64,000 nucleotides of DNA, taken from NCBI GenBank assembly GCA_035638115.1, contig DASRAN010000074.1, positions 26,062 through 90,061 on the forward strand, written 5' to 3'. The DNA is from Patescibacteria group bacterium. GTDB lineage: Bacteria; Acidobacteriota; Polarisedimenticolia; Gp22-AA2. Positions 20,629 through 30,985 of this stretch are shown here, in pieces. Every line of letters starts with the position of its first letter. Position 1 is the first letter of the stretch. The notes under the pieces are model-generated. The model saw nothing but the letters and a program-made list of their open reading frames with translations. It was not told the origin of the DNA and did no database searches. A program made the translations under genes and the position numbers.

Positions 20629-22758
20629 TCACTGATGGTCGCGCGGGATCGCCTGGTCCCACGTCTTCTCGCGCAGAAGCGCGCCGTCCTTGAGGAGCCG
20701 CCGCGTGCCGGTGTAGTAGAAGTTGTCGCGGTCGCTCTTCCAGACCACGACGCTCTCGAAGCGCAGGGTGCGGTCAGGCAGCTTGACGGTCGTCCCGTAC
20801 TCGCCGCGCACCGAGACGGTCTCGGGGTGGTTGTCGTTCGCCTCGTGGGTGATCGATTCGGTGTTGTACTCCTCGCCCCACGGGTAGCGGCGGGCGCTGG
20901 TGCTGGTCGCCACGACCTTCGCGGCTCCGGTGCGCGGGTTGCGCTCCACCGAGGAGATCTCGCCGTATCCCGAGGGGGTGCCCGTGTCGATGACCGCGAA
21001 TCCGGGCAGCTTCTCCTCGTCCGCCTCGATCGGCAGGAAGCGCGGCACCGGGCGATCCCATAGAGGACCCTTCCCGGGAGGAGCGTCCTCGCGCGGCACG
21101 ACCGGCACCGAGAGCTGCGTTGCGTCGCGGCCGAGGTGGAGCGTGGTGGTCATGGCGTACGGCGTCGGCCAGAGCATCGGCCACTGGGCGTTGCTCACCG
21201 CGAACCGGATCCGGTGGCCCTTCGGAAAGATCCAGGAAGTGAAGTGCATCTCGATCTCGAGGGGGAACGGCTTCCCCGGCTCGATCGCCTGCGGGTCGCG
21301 GGCCGACAGGCGGTGGGCGCCGTTCTGCCCGGCGGCCACCACCAGCGTGACGGTGCCGTCGGGCGCGACGTCGTTGAGACGGACGAACCAGTCGGCCTGC
21401 GGCGCGTCGGCTTCGACGGTGAGCCGCGCGCGCGGCATCCCCAGGATCTCCAGGTCGGCGTCGAGAGGCGCCGTGTCGTAGACCAAGCTGAACGCGTCGG
21501 TCGGGCGCTGATCGGGGGCCACGTCCCCGAACCACATCACCGGCCCGCCCGCCTCCACGCCGGTCGCCGGCACGTAGCGCAGCCGCTCGGCCGACGGCGC
21601 GGAGGGCTCCTCGGAGAGGGCTCGGTCCGGACGCGGGTAGAGCACCCGGTCGCGCAGGCGCGCGATCGGCCAGCCGTCCTCGTAGCGCCACCGGCCGGGG
21701 GCCGTCTCGAGATACGGCCCGGGCGGGTGCCAGTCGCGCACGTAGATCGCCAGACGCGGCTCCCGCATGACGCCGGTGTCGCGGTCCTTGAGCCAGGTGT
21801 CGAACCAGCGCACCGCCTCGTGCCGGAACTCGAACCCCGGCTTCGGGTACGGCTCGTGCGGAAAGGTGTGGTTCCAGGCGCCGACGATCGCCTTCACCGG
21901 CGCCTTCAGATGCTCGAGCATGCGCGGAACGCTGTCGCGGTAGCCGTCGTACCAGCCGCCGACGAGCAGACTTGGGACGGCGATCGCGTCGTAGCGCGTC
22001 TTCAGCGTGGTGCGATCCCAGAACGGCCCGTCGCGCTGCCGGCGCTTGTAGGTCAGCATCCAGGGCGGCTGGTCGAAGCGCTCGGCGAAATACTTCTCGT
22101 CGATGGTGTAGTCGGGCGCGCCGGGCATCGCGTTGGCGAGGTCCTGGCTCATCTCCCAGGAGTCGACGTGCATGATGCCGTCCATGAAGTGCACGTCGTC
22201 CTGGTACAGGTCGTCCGTGGCGTCGACGGCGATGATCGCCTTGAGCGCCGGCGGCCGGCGCATCGCCATGTGGATGGAGTTGAAGCCGCCCCACGAGATG
22301 CCGAACATGCCGACCCGGCCGCTCGACCAATTCTGCTTCGCGAGCCACGCGATCACGCGGTCGCCGTCGGCGTTCTCGATGTCGCTGTACTCGTACGGGA
22401 TGAGGGTCCCCTCGCTCGAGCCCGTGCCTCGGATGTCGACGCGCGCGACGACGTAGCCACGGCGGACGAAGTAGGCATAAAGAGGATAGCGGTCGCCGCG
22501 CGCCTCGGCCTTGCGATACGGCAGGTATTCCAGGAGCACCGGGTGGCGCCCCCGGGCGCCGTCACCCGCGGGACGCCAGATGTCGGCGGCCAGGCGCACG
22601 CCGTCGGCCATCGGGATCCAGGCCTCCTCCATCGTGACCCCGGACGCGGGCGGCGAGGCCTGCCGCGGCGGCGTGACCGGCGGCGTCGTGGCGGCGAGCC
22701 CGCCGCTGACCGTCATGAGAGAGGCAAGAATCAGGGCGCGACCGATCGGATTGTGCAT
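20629..22758 (-). CDS. CocE/NonD-family hydrolase (S15 X-Pro dipeptidyl-peptidase-like), secreted
   Basis: Signal peptide; GISWGG nucleophile-elbow motif; C-terminal beta-sandwich; 709 aa, typical for the family. Confidence 0.85.
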   Translation of the reverse strand: MHNPIGRALILASLMTVSGGLAATTPPVTPPRQASPPASGVTMEEAWIPMADGVRLAADIWRPAGDGARGRHPVLLEYLPYRKAEARGDRYPLYAYFVRRGYVVARVDIRGTGSSEGTLIPYEYSDIENADGDRVIAWLAKQNWSSGRVGMFGISWGGFNSIHMAMRRPPALKAIIAVDATDDLYQDDVHFMDGIMHVDSWEMSQDLANAMPGAPDYTIDEKYFAERFDQPPWMLTYKRRQRDGPFWDRTTLKTRYDAIAVPSLLVGGWYDGYRDSVPRMLEHLKAPVKAIVGAWNHTFPHEPYPKPGFEFRHEAVRWFDTWLKDRDTGVMREPRLAIYVRDWHPPGPYLETAPGRWRYEDGWPIARLRDRVLYPRPDRALSEEPSAPSAERLRYVPATGVEAGGPVMWFGDVAPDQRPTDAFSLVYDTAPLDADLEILGMPRARLTVEADAPQADWFVRLNDVAPDGTVTLVVAAGQNGAHRLSARDPQAIEPGKPFPLEIEMHFTSWIFPKGHRIRFAVSNAQWPMLWPTPYAMTTTLHLGRDATQLSVPVVPREDAPPGKGPLWDRPVPRFLPIEADEEKLPGFAVIDTGTPSGYGEISSVERNPRTGAAKVVATSTSARRYPWGEEYNTESITHEANDNHPETVSVRGEYGTTVKLPDRTLRFESVVVWKSDRDNFYYTGTRRLLKDGALLREKTWDQAIPRDHQ

Positions 22759-22889
22759 TCGATCACCTGTGGTGTGCGTGCCCCGGCCGGCGGGATGCTA
22801 CATCAGGTCGGGCGGTCGTCGCGCGGGTGAGATGTTGCAGCGGCCATGTCTCGTTCCCGCTAAGATGACATTTCGAGCGGGGGGGATGC

Positions 22890-24971
22890 GTGAGCGTGGA
22901 CAGAGAGCCTTCGGTCCCTGCGAATCGAGGCGGTGCATTTGTCGTCGTCGCCGCGCTCGCCGTCTACATCGGATTGCTCCTCTGGCTTCTCCAGCCGGCG
23001 GGCGGCCTCGAAGGCTCGTACTTCACGCGCGGCGCGGACGGCCGGGAGGTCCTGGTCCATCGCGAAGTCGATCCCCGCATCGACTTTCCGGTCCCGCAGC
23101 GGCTCGACGCCGCCTACCTCTTCCATTGGAACGTCGCGCGCGACGGATATCCCGCGGCGATGCCGCCGTACCTGATCCGCTGGCGCGGGGTTCTTCTCGC
23201 GCCGCTGGCGGGCGACTACCGCTTCTCCGCAGACGCCCGCGGCGAGACGGCACTGCGCCTCGACGGCCAGAAGGTGGAGCTCGCTCCTGACGCGCCGTCC
23301 GGGCGCCGCCTCGAGGTCGGATGGCATCCGATCGAGATCGACTACGCGCTCGACTCCGGTGACGCCCGGCTCATTCTCCAGTGGCAGCCCCCGGGAGGCG
23401 GGCTCGAAACCATCCCCGCCGGCCGGCTGGCCGTCGACCCGGCGGCGCACGCCAGAGCGGCGACCCGCCGCGCGCTCGGATGGATCCTGCTCGGCGCGGG
23501 CCTGCTGGCGACGCTGCTCGCCGGCCGCATCGGCCGCCCGGGCCCTGGAGTCGCGGGACGTTTCCGGGCCGCGCTTCTCGCCGACCGGAACACGATCGCC
23601 CTGGGAGCGATCCTGATCCTGGCGGCGCTGCTGCGCCTGCACGACTACACACTCGTCCCGTTCCCGACCGAGACCATCGACGAATACCAGCACGCGTGGG
23701 AAGGCTGGCACCTGCTGTACAAGGGATTCCCCGCGTCCTGGAGCACCTTCCCGAACCTCTATCCGAAGGACCAGACGATCGACTTCCACTGGTTCGGCAA
23801 CCGGTACCTGCTGGTCCGGCCGTACTTCGATCACCCGCCCTTGTTCTCGATCCTCGTCGGCCTCGCCTGCACCGGCGCGGGGGCGCGGCAGTTCCTGGAG
23901 TGCTCGCTTCCCGTCATGCGTCTGGTGCCGATCGTCCTGAGCCTCGCCGGCGTCCTGCTGCTCTACCGGCTGGCGCTCGCGTACGGCGCGTCGGATCGCG
24001 CGGCGCTTCTGGCGGCCCTGGTGTACGCCGTCCTGCCCGTCATCGTCCTGTCGCATCGGCTGGTCAAGGGAGAGAGTTTGCTGGCGCTCCTGTTCATGGG
24101 CGCGATCCTCGCGGTCGAGCGGCTGGGGCAGAGAGGCAGGACCCGCGACGCGCTGCTGGTCGGCTGCCTGTGCGGACTGTCGATCTGGACCAAGGCGACG
24201 GGCGTGGCGGTGCCCGCCACGGCGACGCTGCTCCTGCTCTCACGCAGGCGATATCGGGGCGCGGCGCTGACGCTCCTCGTCACGGCGGGTTTCGCGCTGC
24301 TCTATCTCGCGTATGCCTGGGCGTACGATTTCGGCGTCTTCGTCGCGGTGATGCGCTCTCAGGCGGGCGTCAAGTGGGCCGGCGTCGAGTCGTTCCTGGA
24401 TCTGCTGCAGGGCAAGGTGGTGGAGCAGTTCTTCGGCCGCGGCTGGTCCCTCTGGCTGATGCTGTGCGCCGCGCTGGCCGCCGTGCGCCGCGAGCGCGCG
24501 CTCCTCGTCCCGCTGGCGATCTACGCCTCGACGATCGTCCTGATGGCCGACTTCAGGGTCGTCTACGGCTGGTACCGCATTCCCCTCTATCCATTTCTGT
24601 GCGTCGCCGCCGGGGTCTTTCTCGAGGAGATGGTCGAAGCGTCGGACCTGTTCCACGTCCTGCCGTTCGCGATCACGGCGGTGACGACGGGATTGCTGTA
24701 CACGTTCCACGAATGGCCGTTCGCGGCGGCCGCGGAAGCGACGTCCCGGACCATGCTTCCGGTTTCCGTCGTGTGGACGAAAGGAGTCGTGCTGATCGTG
24801 ATGCTCGCCTTCCTCGTCCCCTACCTTCTTCGCCTGGTTCACGAGCGTCCGGCGACCATCCGGATCGCGCGCGCCGCGACGCTCGTTCTCCTGGCCGTCT
24901 TCCTGGCGACCTGCCTCGCGACGGTCGGCGGGCTGCTCGAGATCTACGCGGCGACGCGGGGCGTTCGCTAG
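22890..24971 (+). CDS. Membrane glycosyltransferase of the GT-C fold (PMT/ArnT, GT39/83-like) with an N-terminal PA14-like domain
   Basis: N-terminal TM, then PA14-like segment (…GDYRFSADARGETALRLDGQKV…WHPIEIDY…LILQW…), then 10+ TM helices with DEYQHAWEGWHLLYKGF motifs typical of dolichyl-/undecaprenyl-phosphate sugar transferases. Start is GTG 22890 and uncertain. Confidence 0.7.
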   Translation: MSVDREPSVPANRGGAFVVVAALAVYIGLLLWLLQPAGGLEGSYFTRGADGREVLVHREVDPRIDFPVPQRLDAAYLFHWNVARDGYPAAMPPYLIRWRGVLLAPLAGDYRFSADARGETALRLDGQKVELAPDAPSGRRLEVGWHPIEIDYALDSGDARLILQWQPPGGGLETIPAGRLAVDPAAHARAATRRALGWILLGAGLLATLLAGRIGRPGPGVAGRFRAALLADRNTIALGAILILAALLRLHDYTLVPFPTETIDEYQHAWEGWHLLYKGFPASWSTFPNLYPKDQTIDFHWFGNRYLLVRPYFDHPPLFSILVGLACTGAGARQFLECSLPVMRLVPIVLSLAGVLLLYRLALAYGASDRAALLAALVYAVLPVIVLSHRLVKGESLLALLFMGAILAVERLGQRGRTRDALLVGCLCGLSIWTKATGVAVPATATLLLLSRRRYRGAALTLLVTAGFALLYLAYAWAYDFGVFVAVMRSQAGVKWAGVESFLDLLQGKVVEQFFGRGWSLWLMLCAALAAVRRERALLVPLAIYASTIVLMADFRVVYGWYRIPLYPFLCVAAGVFLEEMVEASDLFHVLPFAITAVTTGLLYTFHEWPFAAAAEATSRTMLPVSVVWTKGVVLIVMLAFLVPYLLRLVHERPATIRIARAATLVLLAVFLATCLATVGGLLEIYAATRGVR

Positions 24972-24992
24972 AAAGGGGGTTCGGACCGCGGG

Positions 24993-27281
24993 ATGGCGCA
25001 CCGGGGTGCATGGCTGTTGCTGCTTGGCCTCGCGGCGGGAATCGCCGCGCCCGCCGCATCCGCCGGGCCCGCGGCCGCCGGGCCCGCGCCCCCCGCGAGC
25101 GCCGCCGCCTGCGGCGAGGGCTGCTCGTGCGGCGACGGCCGCGCCTGCGTCGGCGCGGTGCGCACCACAGGGGCGATCGTGGTCGACGGCCGGCTGGACG
25201 AGCCGGACTGGGATCGCGCCGGGGTCATCGCCGATCTGACGCAGCACGCGCCGCACCCTGGCGAGCCGACGCCGTACCGGACCGAGGTCCGCGTCCTGCT
25301 CGACCAGGAGAACCTCTACTTCGGCGTCCACTGCTTCGATCCCGAGCCGGAGAAGATCTCCCTGCACTCGATGCAGCGCGACGTCGCCGACCCGTTCGGG
25401 GACGACTTCTTCCTGATCGTCTTCGACACCTTCGGCGACAAGCGCACCGGCTATCTCTTCGAGGTGCACGCCACGGGCGCGGTGGGAGACGGGCTGATCC
25501 CGGGCCCGGGGATCTATTCCTCGGACTGGGACGGCATCTGGGACGTGCGGACCCGGATCGACGCCTCCGGCTGGACGGCCGAGATCCGCCTGCCGGCGCG
25601 CACCCTTCACTTCAAGCAGGACCTGCAGGCCTGGGGGTTCAACGTCCTGCGCTTCATCCCGCGCGACCGCACCAACCTTCACTGGTCGGGGTACAGCATC
25701 GATTCGGACGTCATCGATCTGAGCAGCGCCGGACTTCTGTCGGGGATCGGCGGGATCGATCAGGGGCACGGCCTGACGATCTCGCCCTACGCGCTCGGCC
25801 GGTTCGAGAGCGTCCCGGCCGAGTCGACCGAGACCACGACCGGCCGCGCCGGCCTGGATCTGTCGTACAGCCTGACCCCCGGGGTGACCGGCGTGCTGAC
25901 CGCCAACACCGACTTCGCCGAAACGGAGGTCGACACGCGGCAGATCAACCTGACGCGTTTCGATCTGTTCTTTCCCGAGAAGCGGCCGTTCTTCCTCGAC
26001 GGGTCGAGCCTGTTCGAGTTCGGTCTCGGCCTCGGTCAGGACTTCGTGCCGTTCTACTCGCGCCGCATCGGCCTGGTGGAGGTCCCGGAGGGAGCCGGGA
26101 ATCCGGCGGGGGTCGAGAGCGTGCCGATCGACTGGGGAGCAAAAATCCTCGGCCACGCCGGTCGTCTCGGCATCGCGGCGCTCGACATCCAGACCGGGGA
26201 TTCGATCGCGGCGCCGGGCGCCAACCTGGCCGCCGCCCGGGTGGCGTACGACGTCACCGATCGCCTGCGGGTCGGCGCGCTGGGAACGCATGGGGACCCC
26301 GGCGGCGTGCTGTCCAACTCCCTGGCCGGCGTGGACGCCGTCTGGCACTGCTCGACGATCCACGGCGACAAGAAGATGTCGATCGGCGGCTGGGCGGCGC
26401 GCTCGGCGGGCGATCTCCCTCCCGGCAGGCGGGACGGCTGGGGCTTCAAGGTCGACTACCCGAACGACTTCTGGGAAGCGTACGCCCGGGCGATGGAGTT
26501 CGGCGACGCGCTCGATCCCGCCCTGGGCTTTCTGCCGCGACCGGGAACGCGCTGGTACGATGTCTGGAACGCCATCAAGCCGCGCCCGAGCCGGGGCGGA
26601 TCCCTCGCCTGGATCCGCCAGGCGTTCTTCGAGAGCGGCTACAGGCAGGTGGACAATCTCGACGGCCGGACCGAGTCGAGCCGGCTGTTCACCTCGCCCT
26701 TCAACATCGAGACCGAGTCGGGCGAGCATTTCGAGGCCGACTGGGTGCCGACCTACGAGTTCGTCGACCCGGCCGCTCCGCCGTTCGAGATCGCGCCCGG
26801 CGTCGTGGTGACGCCGGGCGGCTATCACTTCACCCGTTACCATCTCGAAGCGCAGTCGGCGCAGGGGCGCAAGTGGCAGGTGGGCGGCGGCGTCTCGTTC
26901 GGCGATTTCTATGGCGGCCGGCTGACGCAGACCAACGCGTTCGTGAACTGGGACGTCCTGCGCGGCCGCCTGCACCAGAGTCTCGACCTGGAGAACGACT
27001 TCGGGTACCTGCCCGAGGGCGACTTCATCCAGCGGCTCTTCCAGCTCCAGAACGTCTACGCCTTCTCCCCGCGGCTCCTGCTGTTCGGATTCTTCCAGTA
27101 CGACACCGACTCGCAGAGCCTGGGCATGAACGCCCGCCTGCGCTGGACCTTCCACCCGGGGAACGACCTGTTCCTGGTCTGGAACCGCAACTGGAGCCAC
27201 CCTCTCGGCGAAGGGCGCTTCGATCTCTCCCCCGAAAGCGACCAGGTGGCGATGAAGGTCCGCTTCGCCTGGACGCGCTGA
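24993..27281 (+). CDS. Secreted CBM9-like / DUF5916-family protein
   Basis: Signal peptide MAHRGAWLLLLGLAAGIAAPAASA; an N-terminal region recalled as CBM9/DOMON-like (…VDGRLDEPDWDRAGVI…) and a long C-terminal beta-rich domain resembling DUF5916 (from memory). Confidence 0.6.
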   Translation: MAHRGAWLLLLGLAAGIAAPAASAGPAAAGPAPPASAAACGEGCSCGDGRACVGAVRTTGAIVVDGRLDEPDWDRAGVIADLTQHAPHPGEPTPYRTEVRVLLDQENLYFGVHCFDPEPEKISLHSMQRDVADPFGDDFFLIVFDTFGDKRTGYLFEVHATGAVGDGLIPGPGIYSSDWDGIWDVRTRIDASGWTAEIRLPARTLHFKQDLQAWGFNVLRFIPRDRTNLHWSGYSIDSDVIDLSSAGLLSGIGGIDQGHGLTISPYALGRFESVPAESTETTTGRAGLDLSYSLTPGVTGVLTANTDFAETEVDTRQINLTRFDLFFPEKRPFFLDGSSLFEFGLGLGQDFVPFYSRRIGLVEVPEGAGNPAGVESVPIDWGAKILGHAGRLGIAALDIQTGDSIAAPGANLAAARVAYDVTDRLRVGALGTHGDPGGVLSNSLAGVDAVWHCSTIHGDKKMSIGGWAARSAGDLPPGRRDGWGFKVDYPNDFWEAYARAMEFGDALDPALGFLPRPGTRWYDVWNAIKPRPSRGGSLAWIRQAFFESGYRQVDNLDGRTESSRLFTSPFNIETESGEHFEADWVPTYEFVDPAAPPFEIAPGVVVTPGGYHFTRYHLEAQSAQGRKWQVGGGVSFGDFYGGRLTQTNAFVNWDVLRGRLHQSLDLENDFGYLPEGDFIQRLFQLQNVYAFSPRLLLFGFFQYDTDSQSLGMNARLRWTFHPGNDLFLVWNRNWSHPLGEGRFDLSPESDQVAMKVRFAWTR

Positions 27282-27369
27282 AGCGGAGGCGTCGGGCCGC
27301 CCTTCGGTGCAGGTCGTCCTTGCACCCGCCCCTCGCCCGGCGTACATACCGTCGCGGAGGGAGACAGGG

Positions 27370-30300
27370 TTGCTTCGAGCCAGGGCCTGCAAGGTCGCGA
27401 TCCAGGTCGTGTTCGGCGTCGGCGTCGGACTGGGGGTCGTCGCATCCCTCGCCGACGACGCCCATGCCGCGGGGGCCCGTTCGTTCAAGAGCGGCCCGAT
27501 CCAGATCACCGCCGACGGCGCCGAGGTCTGGGTGGTCAATCCCGACCACGACTCGGTGTCGCGCATCGACACCGCAAGCGACGCCGTTCTGGAAATTCCA
27601 CTCCCGCAGCCGGCCGGACTGCCGGTGCGCCACAACCCTCTCGGCTTGTCGGTGATGGAGAACGGCGCCGAGGTCTGGGTCGCGTGTCACGACTCGGACA
27701 GGGTCTACGTGCTGCGCGGATCGGACGGCGCGGTGCTGGCGCGCATCGATCTTCCCTGGGGGAGCGGGCCGCACTCGGTGGCGCTGTCGCGCGATCAGAC
27801 GCGGGTCCTGGTGACCCTCCTGCGCTCGGGACGCGTCGCGATCGTCGACCGCGCCGCGCGCCAGGTCCTCGCCTTGCTGGAGACGTTCCGCAGCCCGCTC
27901 GGCATCGCCTGGATGGAAGACGGCGTGTCGGCCTGGATCACGCACCGGCACGTCCTCGATCGGCTGCCGCGCGTCAGCCGGATCGACGTTTCGCCGCCGG
28001 GGCCGCGGGTGACCACGCAGGAGCGCACCGACGGCGCCGGACCGCAGGACAACGCCGCCCTGCACGACGCCGATCCGACCCACAACGTCGCCGAAGGGGG
28101 CTATCTCAACTTCCGCGGCCATCTCGCCCAGCGCCCTTCGACGAGCCGCGTCTGGGTCCCGACGCAGTACGACAACCGCAACCAGACGGTCATCACCCCC
28201 GACTCCATCCTGCAGGCGACCCTGCGCCAGATCGACCTGGCGACACGGAGGATTCCGGGGACCATCGCCGACAAGATCATCCTGTCGGCCAGGCAGGTGC
28301 ACGACCCGCAGACCTCCGCCTGGATCGGCCCGGGCTGGGACCTGGGGGTGGCCGGGCCGGACGACATCGCCTTCTCATCCGACGGGGCGACGGTCTACGT
28401 CGTGGGCGAGCTGAGCGAGAACCTGGTCGTGATGCCGGCGGCGACGCCACCGTACCGCGACGGCATCGCGCCGAGCCCCGCGCTGGTCGCCGTCGGGCGC
28501 CGGCCACAGGGCGTTGCGGTCTCCCCGGTCGCGATCGGCGGCCGGCAGATCGCCTTCGTCGCGAACATCCTGTCGCGCGACGTCTCGAAGGTCGACGTCA
28601 CCACCTGGTCCGCGCCTCTCGAGCTGGCCCGCATCCCGGTGACGCCCGCGACGCCGGAGCCGCGCACGCCCTCCTTCCTCAACGGCGATCGGCTGTTCCA
28701 CACCACGGCCGACCCGCGCGTCTCGTCGAACCGCAAGGTGGCCTGCGGCTCCTGTCACATCGATGGAGAACAGGACGGGCGGGCCTGGGATCTCCAGCAC
28801 CTGCCGGGGACCCACGGCCCGCGGCAGACGCAGTCGATTTTGGGGCTCGGGCTGTCGATGGGGCCGGTCGACCCGGCGACCGGGCTCGGACAACTCCATC
28901 GATCCGGCGATCGCGACGAGGTGCAGGACTTCGATCACACCTTCCGCGGCCCGCAGATGGGCGGCGCCGGCTTCATCCCGGCGGCGCTGCTGCAACCGGA
29001 TCTCGGCGCTCCCAACGCCGGACGCGACCCCGATCTCGACGACGTGGCAGAGTACGTTCTCGCCCTGCCTCCGTTGATGCGCAGCCCGCGTCGGAATGCC
29101 GACGGCGCGCTGTCGGAGGCCGCCGCCCGGGGCGCGACCTTCTTTCTCGGAACCGGCGTCCGCGCGGCCGACGCGAAGTGCGCCACGTGTCACGTCCCGG
29201 AGACCGGCTTCGTCGACTTCGCCTTCCATGACGTCGGCGAGCGGCACGACGCGGGCGAGGCCGAGCTCAACACGCGCGCGCCCCTCTGGGGGGTGAACAC
29301 GGCCTCGCTCGTGGGCGCATGGGACTCCCCGCCCTACGTCGGCGCGGCGCAGCCGAAGGACCCCGAATCGCTCGTCGAGGCGATCCTCGACTTCCGCAGG
29401 CCGGGACGCACGGCGCCCCACGGCGCCACGCAGGGGCTGACCGGCCGCCAGGTGCAGGATCTCGCCGAGTTCCTCGCCTCGATCGACGGCGACACGACCG
29501 CGGCCGAAGTTCGGGCCGCAGTCGATCACGCGCCGCCGCGGGTGGTGCGCGTGGAGCCGGCGTCCCTGACGCGGGTCGACGTCTGGTTCAGCGAGAGCGT
29601 CGCGCCCGGCGCCGCGACCCCCGCGGCCTGGAAGCTGCGGGCCGTGGGCGGGCCGGACGTGCCGATCCTCGCCGCAGCGCTCGACACGCAGAACGGCGAC
29701 CGCGTGACCCTCACCGTCGGGACGCTGCATCACGATTGCGGCCCTGCGACCTACATGCTCATACCGGTCGGGCCGATCCTCGATCTGGCGGATTCCGCCG
29801 GCGGCGGCGTCGCGAACGCGCTCGATCCCTCCGATCCGTCCAACGTCCGCACCTTCGTGATCGGCGACGCGCTCACTGTCTCCATGGGGACCTCCGGCTA
29901 CGAGAACTTCACCATTCCGGTGCACGACGTGGGGACGATCTACGGCAGCGCCGCGGGCGCGAACGGCTCGGTCTGGCTGCGCTCGAACAACAACGGGACG
30001 CAGATCAATACCGACTTCGTGCGCTTCGAGTGGGAGCCGACATTCGCGGCCACCGGCGTCGCCTCGCCCGCCGGCATCCTCGACGCCTCCTTCTCGCTGC
30101 TGCCGGCGTTCGGGGACGGGCAGGTCGTCGAGGCGCGGCGCGTGCTGCAGCGCTGGTGGGACTATGGCGGCGGCGATCAGACGCAGAACCCGGTCAATCC
30201 CGTCAACGGCCACGGCGGGCCCACCTACACCTGGAGCGAGTTCAACGTGAAGGCCTGGAACGCCCCCAACGCCGGCTCCCGGACCGCCGGGATCAACGGC

Positions 30301-30918
30301 CAGAACATCGCGGACTATTTCGGGACGCGCGACACGGCGTACGACCCCGATGTCGTCGTCACCCTGAGCGACCTGGGGCAGCGCTCCCGGTTCGGTGGCG
30401 CCGGCGTTCTCGACGCGATTCGCTTCTGGCTCCAGAACCCCGCCCTCGACCAGGGCTACGCGCTCCGGCTGACCAGCGCGGCGCGGCAGGAGACCCGCTT
30501 CCATGCCGGCGAGGAGGAGCTGCATCAGTACGGTCCCGTCCTGTCGATCACCTACGCCCTGCCGCCGACCACGAGCCCGCCGCCGCCAGAGGTCTCGGCG
30601 CCGGCCTCGGGCGTTCCACTCCTGGTGACGCAGGCGGCCGGCGGCGACCTGGTGCTCTCCTTCCAGGACCTGGGCGGGAGCGTCGGAGCCTACAACGTCT
30701 ACGAAGGGACGCTCGGCGGCGGCTACAACCACGCGCCGAAGGCCTGCCAGCTCGCGCCTCCCGCGGCGGTCAACGGCCGTCTCCAGACCCAGCTGACGCC
30801 GGCCGCGGGGAACACCTACTACCTCGTCACCGCGTCCGACCTGTGCCAGGAAGGGACGAGCGGCGTCGATTCGTCGGGGGCCCAGCGACCCGCCTCGTAT
30901 CTCACCTGCTCGCCATAG
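27370..30918 (+). CDS. Large secreted fusion: YVTN/NHL-type beta-propeller + di-haem cytochrome c peroxidase (CCP/MauG-family) domain + C-terminal Ig/Fn3-like region
   Basis: Two CxxCH haem motifs (CGSCH and CATCH), the second followed by FVDFAFHDVG as in CCP C-terminal haem domains; propeller-like repeats at the N-terminus. Start uncertain: TTG 27370 preceded by GGAGGGA (the ORF track opens at 27307). Confidence 0.7.
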   Translation: MLRARACKVAIQVVFGVGVGLGVVASLADDAHAAGARSFKSGPIQITADGAEVWVVNPDHDSVSRIDTASDAVLEIPLPQPAGLPVRHNPLGLSVMENGAEVWVACHDSDRVYVLRGSDGAVLARIDLPWGSGPHSVALSRDQTRVLVTLLRSGRVAIVDRAARQVLALLETFRSPLGIAWMEDGVSAWITHRHVLDRLPRVSRIDVSPPGPRVTTQERTDGAGPQDNAALHDADPTHNVAEGGYLNFRGHLAQRPSTSRVWVPTQYDNRNQTVITPDSILQATLRQIDLATRRIPGTIADKIILSARQVHDPQTSAWIGPGWDLGVAGPDDIAFSSDGATVYVVGELSENLVVMPAATPPYRDGIAPSPALVAVGRRPQGVAVSPVAIGGRQIAFVANILSRDVSKVDVTTWSAPLELARIPVTPATPEPRTPSFLNGDRLFHTTADPRVSSNRKVACGSCHIDGEQDGRAWDLQHLPGTHGPRQTQSILGLGLSMGPVDPATGLGQLHRSGDRDEVQDFDHTFRGPQMGGAGFIPAALLQPDLGAPNAGRDPDLDDVAEYVLALPPLMRSPRRNADGALSEAAARGATFFLGTGVRAADAKCATCHVPETGFVDFAFHDVGERHDAGEAELNTRAPLWGVNTASLVGAWDSPPYVGAAQPKDPESLVEAILDFRRPGRTAPHGATQGLTGRQVQDLAEFLASIDGDTTAAEVRAAVDHAPPRVVRVEPASLTRVDVWFSESVAPGAATPAAWKLRAVGGPDVPILAAALDTQNGDRVTLTVGTLHHDCGPATYMLIPVGPILDLADSAGGGVANALDPSDPSNVRTFVIGDALTVSMGTSGYENFTIPVHDVGTIYGSAAGANGSVWLRSNNNGTQINTDFVRFEWEPTFAATGVASPAGILDASFSLLPAFGDGQVVEARRVLQRWWDYGGGDQTQNPVNPVNGHGGPTYTWSEFNVKAWNAPNAGSRTAGINGQNIADYFGTRDTAYDPDVVVTLSDLGQRSRFGGAGVLDAIRFWLQNPALDQGYALRLTSAARQETRFHAGEEELHQYGPVLSITYALPPTTSPPPPEVSAPASGVPLLVTQAAGGDLVLSFQDLGGSVGAYNVYEGTLGGGYNHAPKACQLAPPAAVNGRLQTQLTPAAGNTYYLVTASDLCQEGTSGVDSSGAQRPASYLTCSP

Positions 30919-30985
30919 CGGAACCCGCCGTCGCCGGACGTGGGGTGGCCGGAAGACGGGATAGACTCTCCTCTGGAGGGTCCGC

